64,000 nucleotides of DNA from a virus (Duplodnaviria; Heunggongvirae; Uroviricota; Caudoviricetes). Of this stretch, positions 29,980-38,215 are shown piece after piece (positions within the stretch are counted from its first letter, which is position 1; each line of letters starts with the position of its first letter). Made by a program: the position numbers and the translations under genes. The stretch lies in the IMG/VR virus record IMGVR_UViG_3300021400_000141, positions 32,001 to 96,000 of that record. The stretch is one strand, 5' to 3'. Below the pieces are notes generated by a model. The model worked only from the letters and a program-made list of their open reading frames with translations. It searched no databases and had not been told where the DNA came from.

Positions 29980-30342
29980 ATGTGGATAGCAGCAGTTGTA
30001 ACTGTGTCTGTTATTGTAAGTATAATCATTGGCGTCATCTTGGTCAAGCGTGACAACAAGAATGCGTTCCACCGTCTCCGTGAAGCGGTGGAGACCTGGG
30101 ACGTTTATGAAATCCGACGGAGCCACAACTTGTTCGGCTCGTTCTGGGATACTGACTACCCCATTTTTGTAGTCCGTGCGGCAAGCCCAAGGCACGCAAT
30201 GGAACGCTACTTCCGTCACTACAGGAAGAAATATCACGAATACGACGACTACGACAACAAGCCGCTTCGTGCGACTACTTATGGATGGGGTGTATTCCAA
30301 GTGAAGAACACCCGCAGTAAATGGAAAACTTACTTCAAATAA
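29980..30342 (+). CDS. hypothetical membrane-anchored protein
   Basis: N-terminal hydrophobic helix; TAAGGAG RBS. Confidence 0.7.
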   Translation: MWIAAVVTVSVIVSIIIGVILVKRDNKNAFHRLREAVETWDVYEIRRSHNLFGSFWDTDYPIFVVRAASPRHAMERYFRHYRKKYHEYDDYDNKPLRATTYGWGVFQVKNTRSKWKTYFK

Positions 30343-30356
30343 AAACAGGATTTAAT

Positions 30357-30806
30357 ATGAACAGCATAGAAAAACTTAAAGCATACCAAGATTCGCAGAA
30401 GATTGTCAACGAAGTAGAAAGCGAGCTTGACAAGATGGTAGATGCGTTTTTTGCCGAGCCCAGTGGCGAACGCATTGCCACTTGGTTTTTTAAGGACTTG
30501 GAATATGACGGGGTTATTACCGAAGGTTCTATACCCAAAATTATCAATCTTTGCGTAGAAGAAGTCATTATGGGCGAGGGAGAATATTACACTTTTCCTG
30601 TCCCGAGTTCCATCATCAGGAAATACCTTGACGGCGACCAGGAAGAATCGGTCAAGGAGTTCCAGAAGTGGCACAAGGAATACTGGGAACAGAAGCGGCG
30701 TGAAGAGGAAGAGGCGAAACGCCGTGAAAAGGAAGCCCTCGAAAAAGCACGTGAAGAAGAAGAGTACAAGCGGTATCTCCAATTGAAGGAAAAATTTGAA
30801 AAATGA
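30357..30806 (+). CDS. hypothetical protein
   Basis: Charged C-terminal helix. Confidence 0.7.
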   Translation: MNSIEKLKAYQDSQKIVNEVESELDKMVDAFFAEPSGERIATWFFKDLEYDGVITEGSIPKIINLCVEEVIMGEGEYYTFPVPSSIIRKYLDGDQEESVKEFQKWHKEYWEQKRREEEEAKRREKEALEKAREEEEYKRYLQLKEKFEK

Positions 30807-31159
30807 ACGTATGTGACCGTTGCCGTCGCTATGCAACATCCTGTTGCCGAACCTGTTTGTATTTCAACGAAATCTACGGAAGCATTACTGGGGACTACTA
30901 TGGCGAACAGGTTTCCGACGAGGAAGCGTACCGAGAGCTCAACGAGATGTACCCCGAGGATTTCCACAGCCCGTTCGTAACCAGGATGATTCGGGCCTAC
31001 CGTTTTGTTTCACGTGTTCTCATGCCGTTCCTTCTGTACGAAAAGTGGAACAGGCCGAGGCAATACTACAAGAACAAGTATTACCCTCCGTTCACGTTAA
31101 GCCAGCAAGAGCTAACGTCACTGTTACTCGTGAACAAGGACACAACGTTGCCATGTTAG
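30803..31159 (+). CDS. hypothetical Cys-rich protein
   Basis: ATGA coupling; N-terminal CxxC...CCxxC. Confidence 0.55.
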   Translation: MNVCDRCRRYATSCCRTCLYFNEIYGSITGDYYGEQVSDEEAYRELNEMYPEDFHSPFVTRMIRAYRFVSRVLMPFLLYEKWNRPRQYYKNKYYPPFTLSQQELTSLLLVNKDTTLPC

Positions 31160-31160
31160 A

Positions 31161-31168
31161 TATAAACT
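31161..31168 (+). promoter_or_regulatory. putative late promoter TATAAACT
   Basis: 25 nt before ATG 31194. Confidence 0.6.
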
Positions 31169-31193
31169 GTAGGAAAAGCAAAAGCGATTTCCT

Positions 31194-32654
31194 ATGCAAC
31201 CTCTGTACGAATATGTCTGCCACATGAAAGGCCACCGCAACTCAAAGGGCGAACTGGCCGAGTGGGTGATAAAGAGCCATGAAACAGGTGAAATCCTGTC
31301 TTCGCACAAATCCGAGAAAAAGGCGAAAGAACATCTGCAACAGATGCACATATTCAACGAGGCTGCTGAAAGTGCAGGCTATCCGAAACTGTACCATATC
31401 TGCGGTTACATGACTGGGCTTACTGATGATGACCTCAGGAGCATCCTGACTACTGGCCTTCGCATCCACGATAACGGGGACGCTAATTGTATATGGTTTT
31501 CAACGGGAAAGCCATTCATTGACGATATAGTTAAAGCACCATTGATTGTATCGCTTGAATGCACCCCAGAAAACATCAAAAAATACAGAATAGACGAATA
31601 TGAGGTACGAAATCAATCAGGTGCAATCAACGTTCATGAAAACGTTCCTATGGAAGACCTGAACATCGAACAGCTCATGTGGGGACGAACACACCATGGT
31701 GAGGGAACCCGTGTATATCCATTAACATCCACAAAATACTATGGAGATTTCGAAAAATGGCAGCGCTTTGACAAGGACTTGCAGGCTATCATTTATGAAG
31801 ACCTGTTCAACCTGTGGGCCAGGGACGATATTGCCAGACAGGGGTTCAACCCAGATTTGAACCGATTGAAGGAAATCATGGGTGACCGCCTGACGATTAC
31901 AAACTTCATGGAAACGAAAAGTGATAAACTAATTGGTGAATCCACCTATGGTACAGATATGGACAAGAGAGTAAAGATTTTCATGGAAGGCGTAGGCCAG
32001 CTCGGACTGAGCAAAAATCAGGTCGATGCAATCGGAAAGATAACCAATGCTTGCATGGAAAGCGTCATGGATGAAACCTCAGAACCCCGTTATGTTTCCC
32101 ACCTATTTCAGGGCGAGGATGAGCGCAACGATATTGAGCGCATGATAGATGCTGACGGAAACATCGACAATGTGGTAGCCGAATACGGCTTCCTTTTGGA
32201 CCCGAGCAACCCTGACAACGTCACGGAAGGAGTTCCATACATCTTGGACGGGTCCGACACCATTATCGGAACAAGCGGCCCGTACACCCTTGCATACAAC
32301 GGAAAAATGGCGGGTTCATATCTGCTGTACAAGAAACTTGATGATGACAGTTCAACAACAAATGCTTGCATGGAAGGTGTAGGCGATGGCGTCGATACCC
32401 AAGATATCGACCCTAATATGAACGAGCTAGATGAGCACACGGACACTCCTCCCGAAACAGTTGACGGCACAGAGGAGGATGAGGAGCATGAACTTACCAT
32501 GGACGAAATGTACGACAAGCTCATTGAACAAGGCGTTTCAAAGCAGACTATCAACATAGTCACCGACATTATCGGATGGAATCCTGATTCAATGCTAAAA
32601 ATTCTGGACGCTGCAACTGGATACAAATCATTTGACCAGCTGCCAGAGTTCTAA
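31194..32654 (+). CDS. modular putative virion protein with ADP-ribosyltransferase-like domain
   Basis: KLYH...LRSILTTGL...IWFS...LIVSLE...VHENVP resembles the KptA/ART fold; internal copy of the shared motif; TNACME twice. Confidence 0.5.
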   Translation: MQPLYEYVCHMKGHRNSKGELAEWVIKSHETGEILSSHKSEKKAKEHLQQMHIFNEAAESAGYPKLYHICGYMTGLTDDDLRSILTTGLRIHDNGDANCIWFSTGKPFIDDIVKAPLIVSLECTPENIKKYRIDEYEVRNQSGAINVHENVPMEDLNIEQLMWGRTHHGEGTRVYPLTSTKYYGDFEKWQRFDKDLQAIIYEDLFNLWARDDIARQGFNPDLNRLKEIMGDRLTITNFMETKSDKLIGESTYGTDMDKRVKIFMEGVGQLGLSKNQVDAIGKITNACMESVMDETSEPRYVSHLFQGEDERNDIERMIDADGNIDNVVAEYGFLLDPSNPDNVTEGVPYILDGSDTIIGTSGPYTLAYNGKMAGSYLLYKKLDDDSSTTNACMEGVGDGVDTQDIDPNMNELDEHTDTPPETVDGTEEDEEHELTMDEMYDKLIEQGVSKQTINIVTDIIGWNPDSMLKILDAATGYKSFDQLPEF

Positions 32655-32673
32655 CTCAATCATAACAGTGTGT

Positions 32674-32714
32674 AAAAAAGGCTTCCAACATTTTGTTGGA
32701 AGCTTTTCCTTTTT
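32674..32714. terminator. bidirectional terminator
   Basis: GCTTCCAACA-TTT-TGTTGGAAGC with A and T flanks between convergent genes. Confidence 0.8.
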
Positions 32715-32718
32715 GTGC

Positions 32719-33078
32719 TTAATCCTCTGGTTCATCTGGGAATGGCATCCAGTGCGTCACGCTGTCCGTCTGGATGAGGTTCTCCTTGTGGAACATCCAT
32801 CCGTAGCGGGTGCTCCAATACCCGATTCCGATGCCGTATAGTTTGCTGTACAGGATGCACCATGTGTTGTCGCCGACATTGTCGAGACCAGATGCCTTCC
32901 TCCATACTGGCAATCCCTTCTTGATATTCTCGTTTTCGATGCGGAGCCGTTTGACTTCCTCCTGCAGTGCAAAGATGTCCAAGAACGGCACACGCACGCC
33001 TTTCATCGGGGGAGGTGCAGGGGAAGCCTTCTTCGGCTTCTTCAATGGTTTACACTTGTTCGGTGCGTTTGTCGTCAT
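32719..33078 (-). CDS. DUF551-like phage protein
   Basis: C-terminal VTHWMPFPDEP. Confidence 0.65.
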   Translation of the reverse strand: MTTNAPNKCKPLKKPKKASPAPPPMKGVRVPFLDIFALQEEVKRLRIENENIKKGLPVWRKASGLDNVGDNTWCILYSKLYGIGIGYWSTRYGWMFHKENLIQTDSVTHWMPFPDEPED

Positions 33079-33079
33079 T

Positions 33080-33610
33080 TTAGTCTCCTTGCGGTACAGC
33101 ACCAACTTTATGTTCACGTACGCACTTTGCGACAAACTCGTCTAGCTGCTTGTAACTCGGGTTGTGAATTTCCTCGATGATTGCCTTTGAGGCATTACCG
33201 CCATGAATTGTCTTGACAAGTCTCGCCCCGACCACGTATTCGTAATGCTGATGATGGGGTGATGCCACTACGTCGGTGTTCATGACGATACGTATCCTGT
33301 AATCCTGTGCACCCCATGTAATGAAAACATCGGTGTCACGGGAAAGCAACCCGTACTTGTCAGCGATATCCTTCACCTCGGGAAGACGGAGTTCTTCCAC
33401 GATGACATAGCGGGGTTCATAGCCATTCTTGTCAGCGTCAAGGTTCAACTTATGCGATTTGCAGAACGACTCTGCTTCCTCCTTGGTCGGGAAGGCAATA
33501 GCCTTGCTTCCGTCACTGAACCATCCGAGACCCTCAGAATCCATACCCAAGCAGTAATGAGTGTCGCTACACAGTAAAGGCCCCGTGCAGCTTCTTTCGA
33601 TATAGAACAT
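33080..33610 (-). CDS. hypothetical protein
   Basis: 176 aa; AAGGAG RBS. Confidence 0.7.
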   Translation of the reverse strand: MFYIERSCTGPLLCSDTHYCLGMDSEGLGWFSDGSKAIAFPTKEEAESFCKSHKLNLDADKNGYEPRYVIVEELRLPEVKDIADKYGLLSRDTDVFITWGAQDYRIRIVMNTDVVASPHHQHYEYVVGARLVKTIHGGNASKAIIEEIHNPSYKQLDEFVAKCVREHKVGAVPQGD

Positions 33611-33684
33611 TGTGATAATCTCCTTATGAATTATTTACATGGCCTGTTTCATAGCCTGTTTCATGGCCTACAGGCGACATTAAT

Positions 33685-33951
33685 CTAGCACCTGTGCATG
33701 CCGAGCTTGAATCGGAAATGTTCAACGATGTCGATTTCCTTGCCGTCCTTGTCGAAGAAATCGAAGTTGCACGAGTTGTATGCGTGCTCTTGGTCTCCTA
33801 CCAGGATTGTCTGGGTGTAACTTCCGTGGATAACCACGTAGTCAACCACGTATTCCTTACCGACGGTCAAGTCCTTGGGGTCGTCAGTCCTTCCCCAATG
33901 GTTGTACTCGTTGCTGGTGCAAACTGCCTTGATGGATTTTTCTCTCTCCAT
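33685..33951 (-). CDS. hypothetical protein
   Basis: Start reassigned to MEREK after an AGGGG RBS. Confidence 0.65.
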   Translation of the reverse strand: MEREKSIKAVCTSNEYNHWGRTDDPKDLTVGKEYVVDYVVIHGSYTQTILVGDQEHAYNSCNFDFFDKDGKEIDIVEHFRFKLGMHRC

Positions 33952-33961
33952 AGTGACCCCC

Positions 33962-34432
33962 TTAGATTCCGAACCGAGTGTTGAGGGCTTCGATGCGCCT
34001 ACGTTCTTCCGCCAGTGCCACGGTAAAACGCTCGACATCCTTCTTCGCCTTGGCCAGACTCGTGGACAACTCTGATACCCATCTCCGGTGGCGCTTCCGT
34101 AGTTTCCTGGCGGCTTCCTTGTATGCGGCCTTTGTGCAACGGGTAATTGTATGACTGAACATACCGTCACAAGTGCATTCTCTGTCATTGAGGTCACCCT
34201 TGCACAGCCTGAGCGTATGAGTGTTGACAACACCTTCCGTATTGTTTACGTCGAGATAGTCCGTAAATGTAACCTTGATATATCCAGACGACTTTTCCCT
34301 GGTTACTCTCTTGACGACAGCAACCACGAGCCCAACTACTCCCCCAGCACGGTCCCTGGTCACCATCTTGACCGTCCATCCAGGCTGGAGGTCGCCGAAG
34401 TTCTCAATCGCAGTATTTTTCATTGTTGGCAT
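33962..34432 (-). CDS. hypothetical protein
   Basis: First gene after promoter 34462-34490. Confidence 0.7.
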   Translation of the reverse strand: MPTMKNTAIENFGDLQPGWTVKMVTRDRAGGVVGLVVAVVKRVTREKSSGYIKVTFTDYLDVNNTEGVVNTHTLRLCKGDLNDRECTCDGMFSHTITRCTKAAYKEAARKLRKRHRRWVSELSTSLAKAKKDVERFTVALAEERRRIEALNTRFGI

Positions 34433-34461
34433 CCTTTGTATGTTTGTATGTTCCTGCTTAA

Positions 34462-34490
34462 AATATAGATAATAAAATTGTGTCTGTCAA
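34462..34490 (-). promoter_or_regulatory. sigma70-type promoter
   Basis: TTGACA-N17-TATATT. Confidence 0.85.
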
Positions 34491-34493
34491 GCC

Positions 34494-34772
34494 CTATTTG
34501 TAGCGAATCTTCAAAATTGTGAGGACTGCGGTCAGAATCGTGGCGATTCCGTAATTGAAATAGATTGGATACTGCCACAGCCCTGTCTTTATGTTCGTGT
34601 AGAATACGAACACTGCACTGAATATGTTCCCGCAGAAGGCGAAGACAAGGAACATGCGGCTGATGTCCTTGCACGACTTGGTTCGGTAGCACTTGACTAT
34701 CTGGGGGGCGAGGTTGATTGCGAAGAAGAAGGCCCCGAGGATACCCGAAAGCCAGCAAAGCGTCTCTATCAT
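34494..34772 (-). CDS. SemiSWEET / PQ-loop family transporter
   Basis: 92 aa, three hydrophobic helices, LAPQIVKCYRTKSCKDIS signature, Asn in helix 3. Confidence 0.8.
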   Translation of the reverse strand: MIETLCWLSGILGAFFFAINLAPQIVKCYRTKSCKDISRMFLVFAFCGNIFSAVFVFYTNIKTGLWQYPIYFNYGIATILTAVLTILKIRYK

Positions 34773-34797
34773 ATGGACTCGATTACGTTACCTTTTC

Positions 34798-34814
34798 AGT
34801 TTATAGTATAAACT
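34798..34814. promoter_or_regulatory. back-to-back pair of TATAAACT putative late promoters
   Basis: AGTTTATA-G-TATAAACT palindrome between divergent genes 34772(-) and 34847(+). Confidence 0.7.
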
Positions 34815-34846
34815 ACAATATAGCAATATCTAAGGAGAAATCAAAT

Positions 34847-35287
34847 ATGTCAGCCTTCCTTGATGAACTTTTGAAGAAAATGAAGACCGCACCCCATGTA
34901 GGCATCCCGTCCGTTACAAACCCTAGGCTTCCGACCAAGGTTGAAAGAGATACCGCCGAGTATGCTGCTAGACAAAAGGCAATGCCTAACTTCAAGTTCG
35001 GAAACGGCCACCCAAGTCCTATATATGCAGACCCGAAGTTCAGGAGGCCCGAACTGTTCATTCAGAACACTGTTCTCACCAAGGACGAACGAGAAAAGTT
35101 CGAAGACAAGTATCAAGCCTACGCAAAAAAGTTGAAAGCGGAAACTGCAAAAAAGAAAAAAGAAGCCGAACAGGATGAATTCGAGTCTCAATACCAAGCA
35201 TACGCCAAGAAATTGAGAGAAGAAAATGCTCAAATGAACCAAGATGTCAAAGCATCTACAGACGGTAAGAAACAGGCGGAAGTATAA
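34847..35287 (+). CDS. hypothetical protein with duplicated FExxYQAYAKKL repeat
   Basis: TAAGGAG RBS; start reassigned to ATG 34847. Confidence 0.7.
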   Translation: MSAFLDELLKKMKTAPHVGIPSVTNPRLPTKVERDTAEYAARQKAMPNFKFGNGHPSPIYADPKFRRPELFIQNTVLTKDEREKFEDKYQAYAKKLKAETAKKKKEAEQDEFESQYQAYAKKLREENAQMNQDVKASTDGKKQAEV

Positions 35288-35949
35288 TGAAAATTTATGT
35301 GGTTGGCAGCACAAAGAACAAGTTCCTGCCGCTTGACAAGATAAGGACAAAGTTCTTTATCGATAAACCTCATGTCGGTGACAACATCGACTTTCTTAAC
35401 CCATGGTATTGTGAACTTACTGGATTGTACCACCTGTGGAAACATGTGGAGGACGACATCGTAGGATTGGAACATTATCGTAGATATTTCGTTAACTCTC
35501 ATGACAAGATATTGTCGGAGGGAGAGATAAACGAAATGTTGAAAACATGTGACATTATCTGCACCAAGGCACATTACAGCAAGGAACGCCCAGTTATAAC
35601 ATGGCTCAACGAGCATGGCAAACGCAAGGACTTTGATAAATATCTGTACATCCTATGCAGATACTTTGATGATATCGGGGACAAGAAGTACCACGGTTTC
35701 GGAGAATGGTGCAAGAAGTATCTTTTTGGTGACCACCACTGTCTTGGTAACATGTTCGTGTGCAAACGGGCTCTGATTGAGGAGTATTGCCTATGGTTGT
35801 TCAACGTATTGAGCGTATACGACCAAGTCAACGGCCTATCAGACGCCAACAGAAGGATTGACGGATATCTGGCAGAGTTCCTGTTCGGAGCATGGCTGGA
35901 ATGGAACAAGAAGAAGATTAAATATCAACAAATCAGAATAGTAAGGTAG
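35287..35949 (+). CDS. DUF4422-domain glycosyltransferase-like protein
   Basis: GDNIDFLNPWYCELTGLY.LWK...GLEHYRRYF...NMFV...RIDGYLAE. Confidence 0.85.
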   Translation: MKIYVVGSTKNKFLPLDKIRTKFFIDKPHVGDNIDFLNPWYCELTGLYHLWKHVEDDIVGLEHYRRYFVNSHDKILSEGEINEMLKTCDIICTKAHYSKERPVITWLNEHGKRKDFDKYLYILCRYFDDIGDKKYHGFGEWCKKYLFGDHHCLGNMFVCKRALIEEYCLWLFNVLSVYDQVNGLSDANRRIDGYLAEFLFGAWLEWNKKKIKYQQIRIVR

Positions 35950-35953
35950 GAAG

Positions 35954-36754
35954 ATGGTTAAGGACAAAAATACACTAATAGTCAGCATGACTTCATGGCC
36001 GAAGCGAATCAAGTATTGTTCAAGGGTGTTCTTTTCCATCATGGAAAGTGATTGTCCGAAGGACAAGTATCATCTGGTTCTTGTCCTGTGTGAAAAGGAA
36101 TTTCCGAACAAGGAAGCAGACCTTCCAGAAGTCTTGCGGCTGATGATTGAAAATGGAGATATCGAACTGATATGGCACCCTACAAATATATTCAGCCACA
36201 AGAAACTGATGCCAGTATTGAAGAAATACCCAGATAACCCTATTTTGGTATGTGACGACGACATAATTCGTCCGAAACATTGGCTACCAGCCTTCTTGAA
36301 AGACCATGCTGAACACCCTGATGAAATCATCGTTGGCGGATGCGTGTTCGACATCAGTTTCGACGGAAATGTGTTGAACCCAGTTAAACGCTTCAGGTTT
36401 GACCCTCCTTCATGTGCAGGCAAAATTGTGAAAGGAGCTCGACCAGCAAACGGGTTCGGTGGCGTCCTTTATCCAGCACATACCTTCACCGACCCAAGGT
36501 TCTTCGACGAAAATCTGTTCATGGAACTTTCGGCATATTCGGATGAAAGCTGGCAGTATTGTTTCAGCATCATGTATAACAAGACGATGAGATGGCTGTC
36601 TGTATACATTCCGCACCAACATGGTCAACAAGATGGAACATACGAGTGTTCTATGTCAAAGCTAAGAAAACCCAAGGATTCTTATGTCAATATATACAAC
36701 AAGTTGTTGAACTATTTTCCTGAGTTCAAGGCTAATATGAAGAACTATGTTTAG
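35954..36754 (+). CDS. GT-A glycosyltransferase
   Basis: IVSMTSWPKRI, SHKKLMP, VCDDDII (DxD), GGVLYP. Confidence 0.8.
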   Translation: MVKDKNTLIVSMTSWPKRIKYCSRVFFSIMESDCPKDKYHLVLVLCEKEFPNKEADLPEVLRLMIENGDIELIWHPTNIFSHKKLMPVLKKYPDNPILVCDDDIIRPKHWLPAFLKDHAEHPDEIIVGGCVFDISFDGNVLNPVKRFRFDPPSCAGKIVKGARPANGFGGVLYPAHTFTDPRFFDENLFMELSAYSDESWQYCFSIMYNKTMRWLSVYIPHQHGQQDGTYECSMSKLRKPKDSYVNIYNKLLNYFPEFKANMKNYV

Positions 36755-36766
36755 AGCGGAGGTAAT

Positions 36767-37612
36767 ATGACCTGGGAAGAGTATTGCATCTCACAACTAC
36801 CATTGGCAAAACGCATGTATCAACGATACATGAAGAAGACATGGGATTTTAAAAATCCTAAAACACTAAGTGAAAAACTATGGTGGCTTGCTATTTACGA
36901 CTCAACAATGCTAAAAAGCTTTTGCGCTGATAAAATTACCCTTCATGATTATTCAATAATGAAGCTTGGTAAAGACATTTGCATCCCTATAATTGCTGAA
37001 TACAATAAACCAGAAGATATTGACTTTGATACACTTCCAAATAAATTTGTAATCAAATGCAATCACGGGAGCGGATATAACATCATAATTAAAGATAAAC
37101 ATACAATAAATAAATCAGATATATATAGAAAACTACATGCATGGATGAATGAAGATTACAGTCTTAAACATTACTGTGAACTTCATTATAAGAACATCCC
37201 ACATAAAATTTTCATAGAAGAATATATGGAAAATAAAGGAAAAACAGCATTAACAGACTATAAAGTGCACTGTTTTAATGGTAATCCTAAATTTTGCCAA
37301 GTAATTACTGAAAGATTTACTAACACACTTCATTTCAACTATTACGATTTAGATTTCAAGCCAATGCTAACTGTGAGCAGGAATGACCACCCCGCAGATT
37401 ATTCTAAATTAGATAATCCCCCTTATAATTGGGAGCTGATGTTACAATACGCTACCAAACTATCCAAAGACTTTAAATATGTAAGAGTTGATTTCTACGA
37501 AATTGACGGTAAGATTTATCTAGGAGAATTGACGTTTACCCCAAATGGTGGAAACGTGCAATACAAAGATAAAAGTACCGATATGGAGTTTGGAAAATTA
37601 CTTAGAGTATAA
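36767..37612 (+). CDS. TupA-like ATP-grasp ligase
   Basis: NPKTLSEKL, ADK, FVIKCNHGSG, IEEY, DYK.HCFNG, VRVDFY...GELTFTP. Confidence 0.88.
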   Translation: MTWEEYCISQLPLAKRMYQRYMKKTWDFKNPKTLSEKLWWLAIYDSTMLKSFCADKITLHDYSIMKLGKDICIPIIAEYNKPEDIDFDTLPNKFVIKCNHGSGYNIIIKDKHTINKSDIYRKLHAWMNEDYSLKHYCELHYKNIPHKIFIEEYMENKGKTALTDYKVHCFNGNPKFCQVITERFTNTLHFNYYDLDFKPMLTVSRNDHPADYSKLDNPPYNWELMLQYATKLSKDFKYVRVDFYEIDGKIYLGELTFTPNGGNVQYKDKSTDMEFGKLLRV

Positions 37613-37615
37613 TAT

Positions 37616-38206
37616 ATGGTAAATTTAATAGGAAATACTTGTATCGCATCTTGGATGACAACAAAATGTTACAATCAGGAACTTATAAATCCATTTACAT
37701 GGAGTATTTTAGATTTTGACAGTGCATATAATTTGGTCAAAAACTACGATAAAATAAATTTTAATTATTATGAGCTCAAAAAAGATAAAGATTGGAATTT
37801 TAGTATAACCATAGATGACCAAGTCACTGTGCAATATGTACATTACAAATTTAGAAAAGATGCAACAAAATTAACTAAAAATGGGGTGGATTTATATTGG
37901 AATAAGATATGGGAATATATAGTGAATCAATACAAAAAACATATTAAAAAAATGTTAACATATAATATCGAACCAATCTTTATTTTTGGAAGTGCTAACA
38001 AAGTCACAAGAGAACGATGCTTATTTAATGTGGAACAACAAGCAAAACTAGATGAATTAAACAGTAAATATACAATAGTTCTATCATTCAAAGAAATGAT
38101 AGAACCGCGACATGTTATTTGCATTAAGCAAGATGGCTCGTATAATTGCAATGGTGTAGGGGTATCTACTGAAATATATAATAAAATAAAAGATGTAATA
38201 AAATAG
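37616..38206 (+). CDS. DUF1919-like polysaccharide biosynthesis protein
   Basis: IGNTC...NPF...VHY resembles DUF1919; consistent gene context. Confidence 0.5.
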   Translation: MVNLIGNTCIASWMTTKCYNQELINPFTWSILDFDSAYNLVKNYDKINFNYYELKKDKDWNFSITIDDQVTVQYVHYKFRKDATKLTKNGVDLYWNKIWEYIVNQYKKHIKKMLTYNIEPIFIFGSANKVTRERCLFNVEQQAKLDELNSKYTIVLSFKEMIEPRHVICIKQDGSYNCNGVGVSTEIYNKIKDVIK

Positions 38207-38215
38207 TATTAATTT

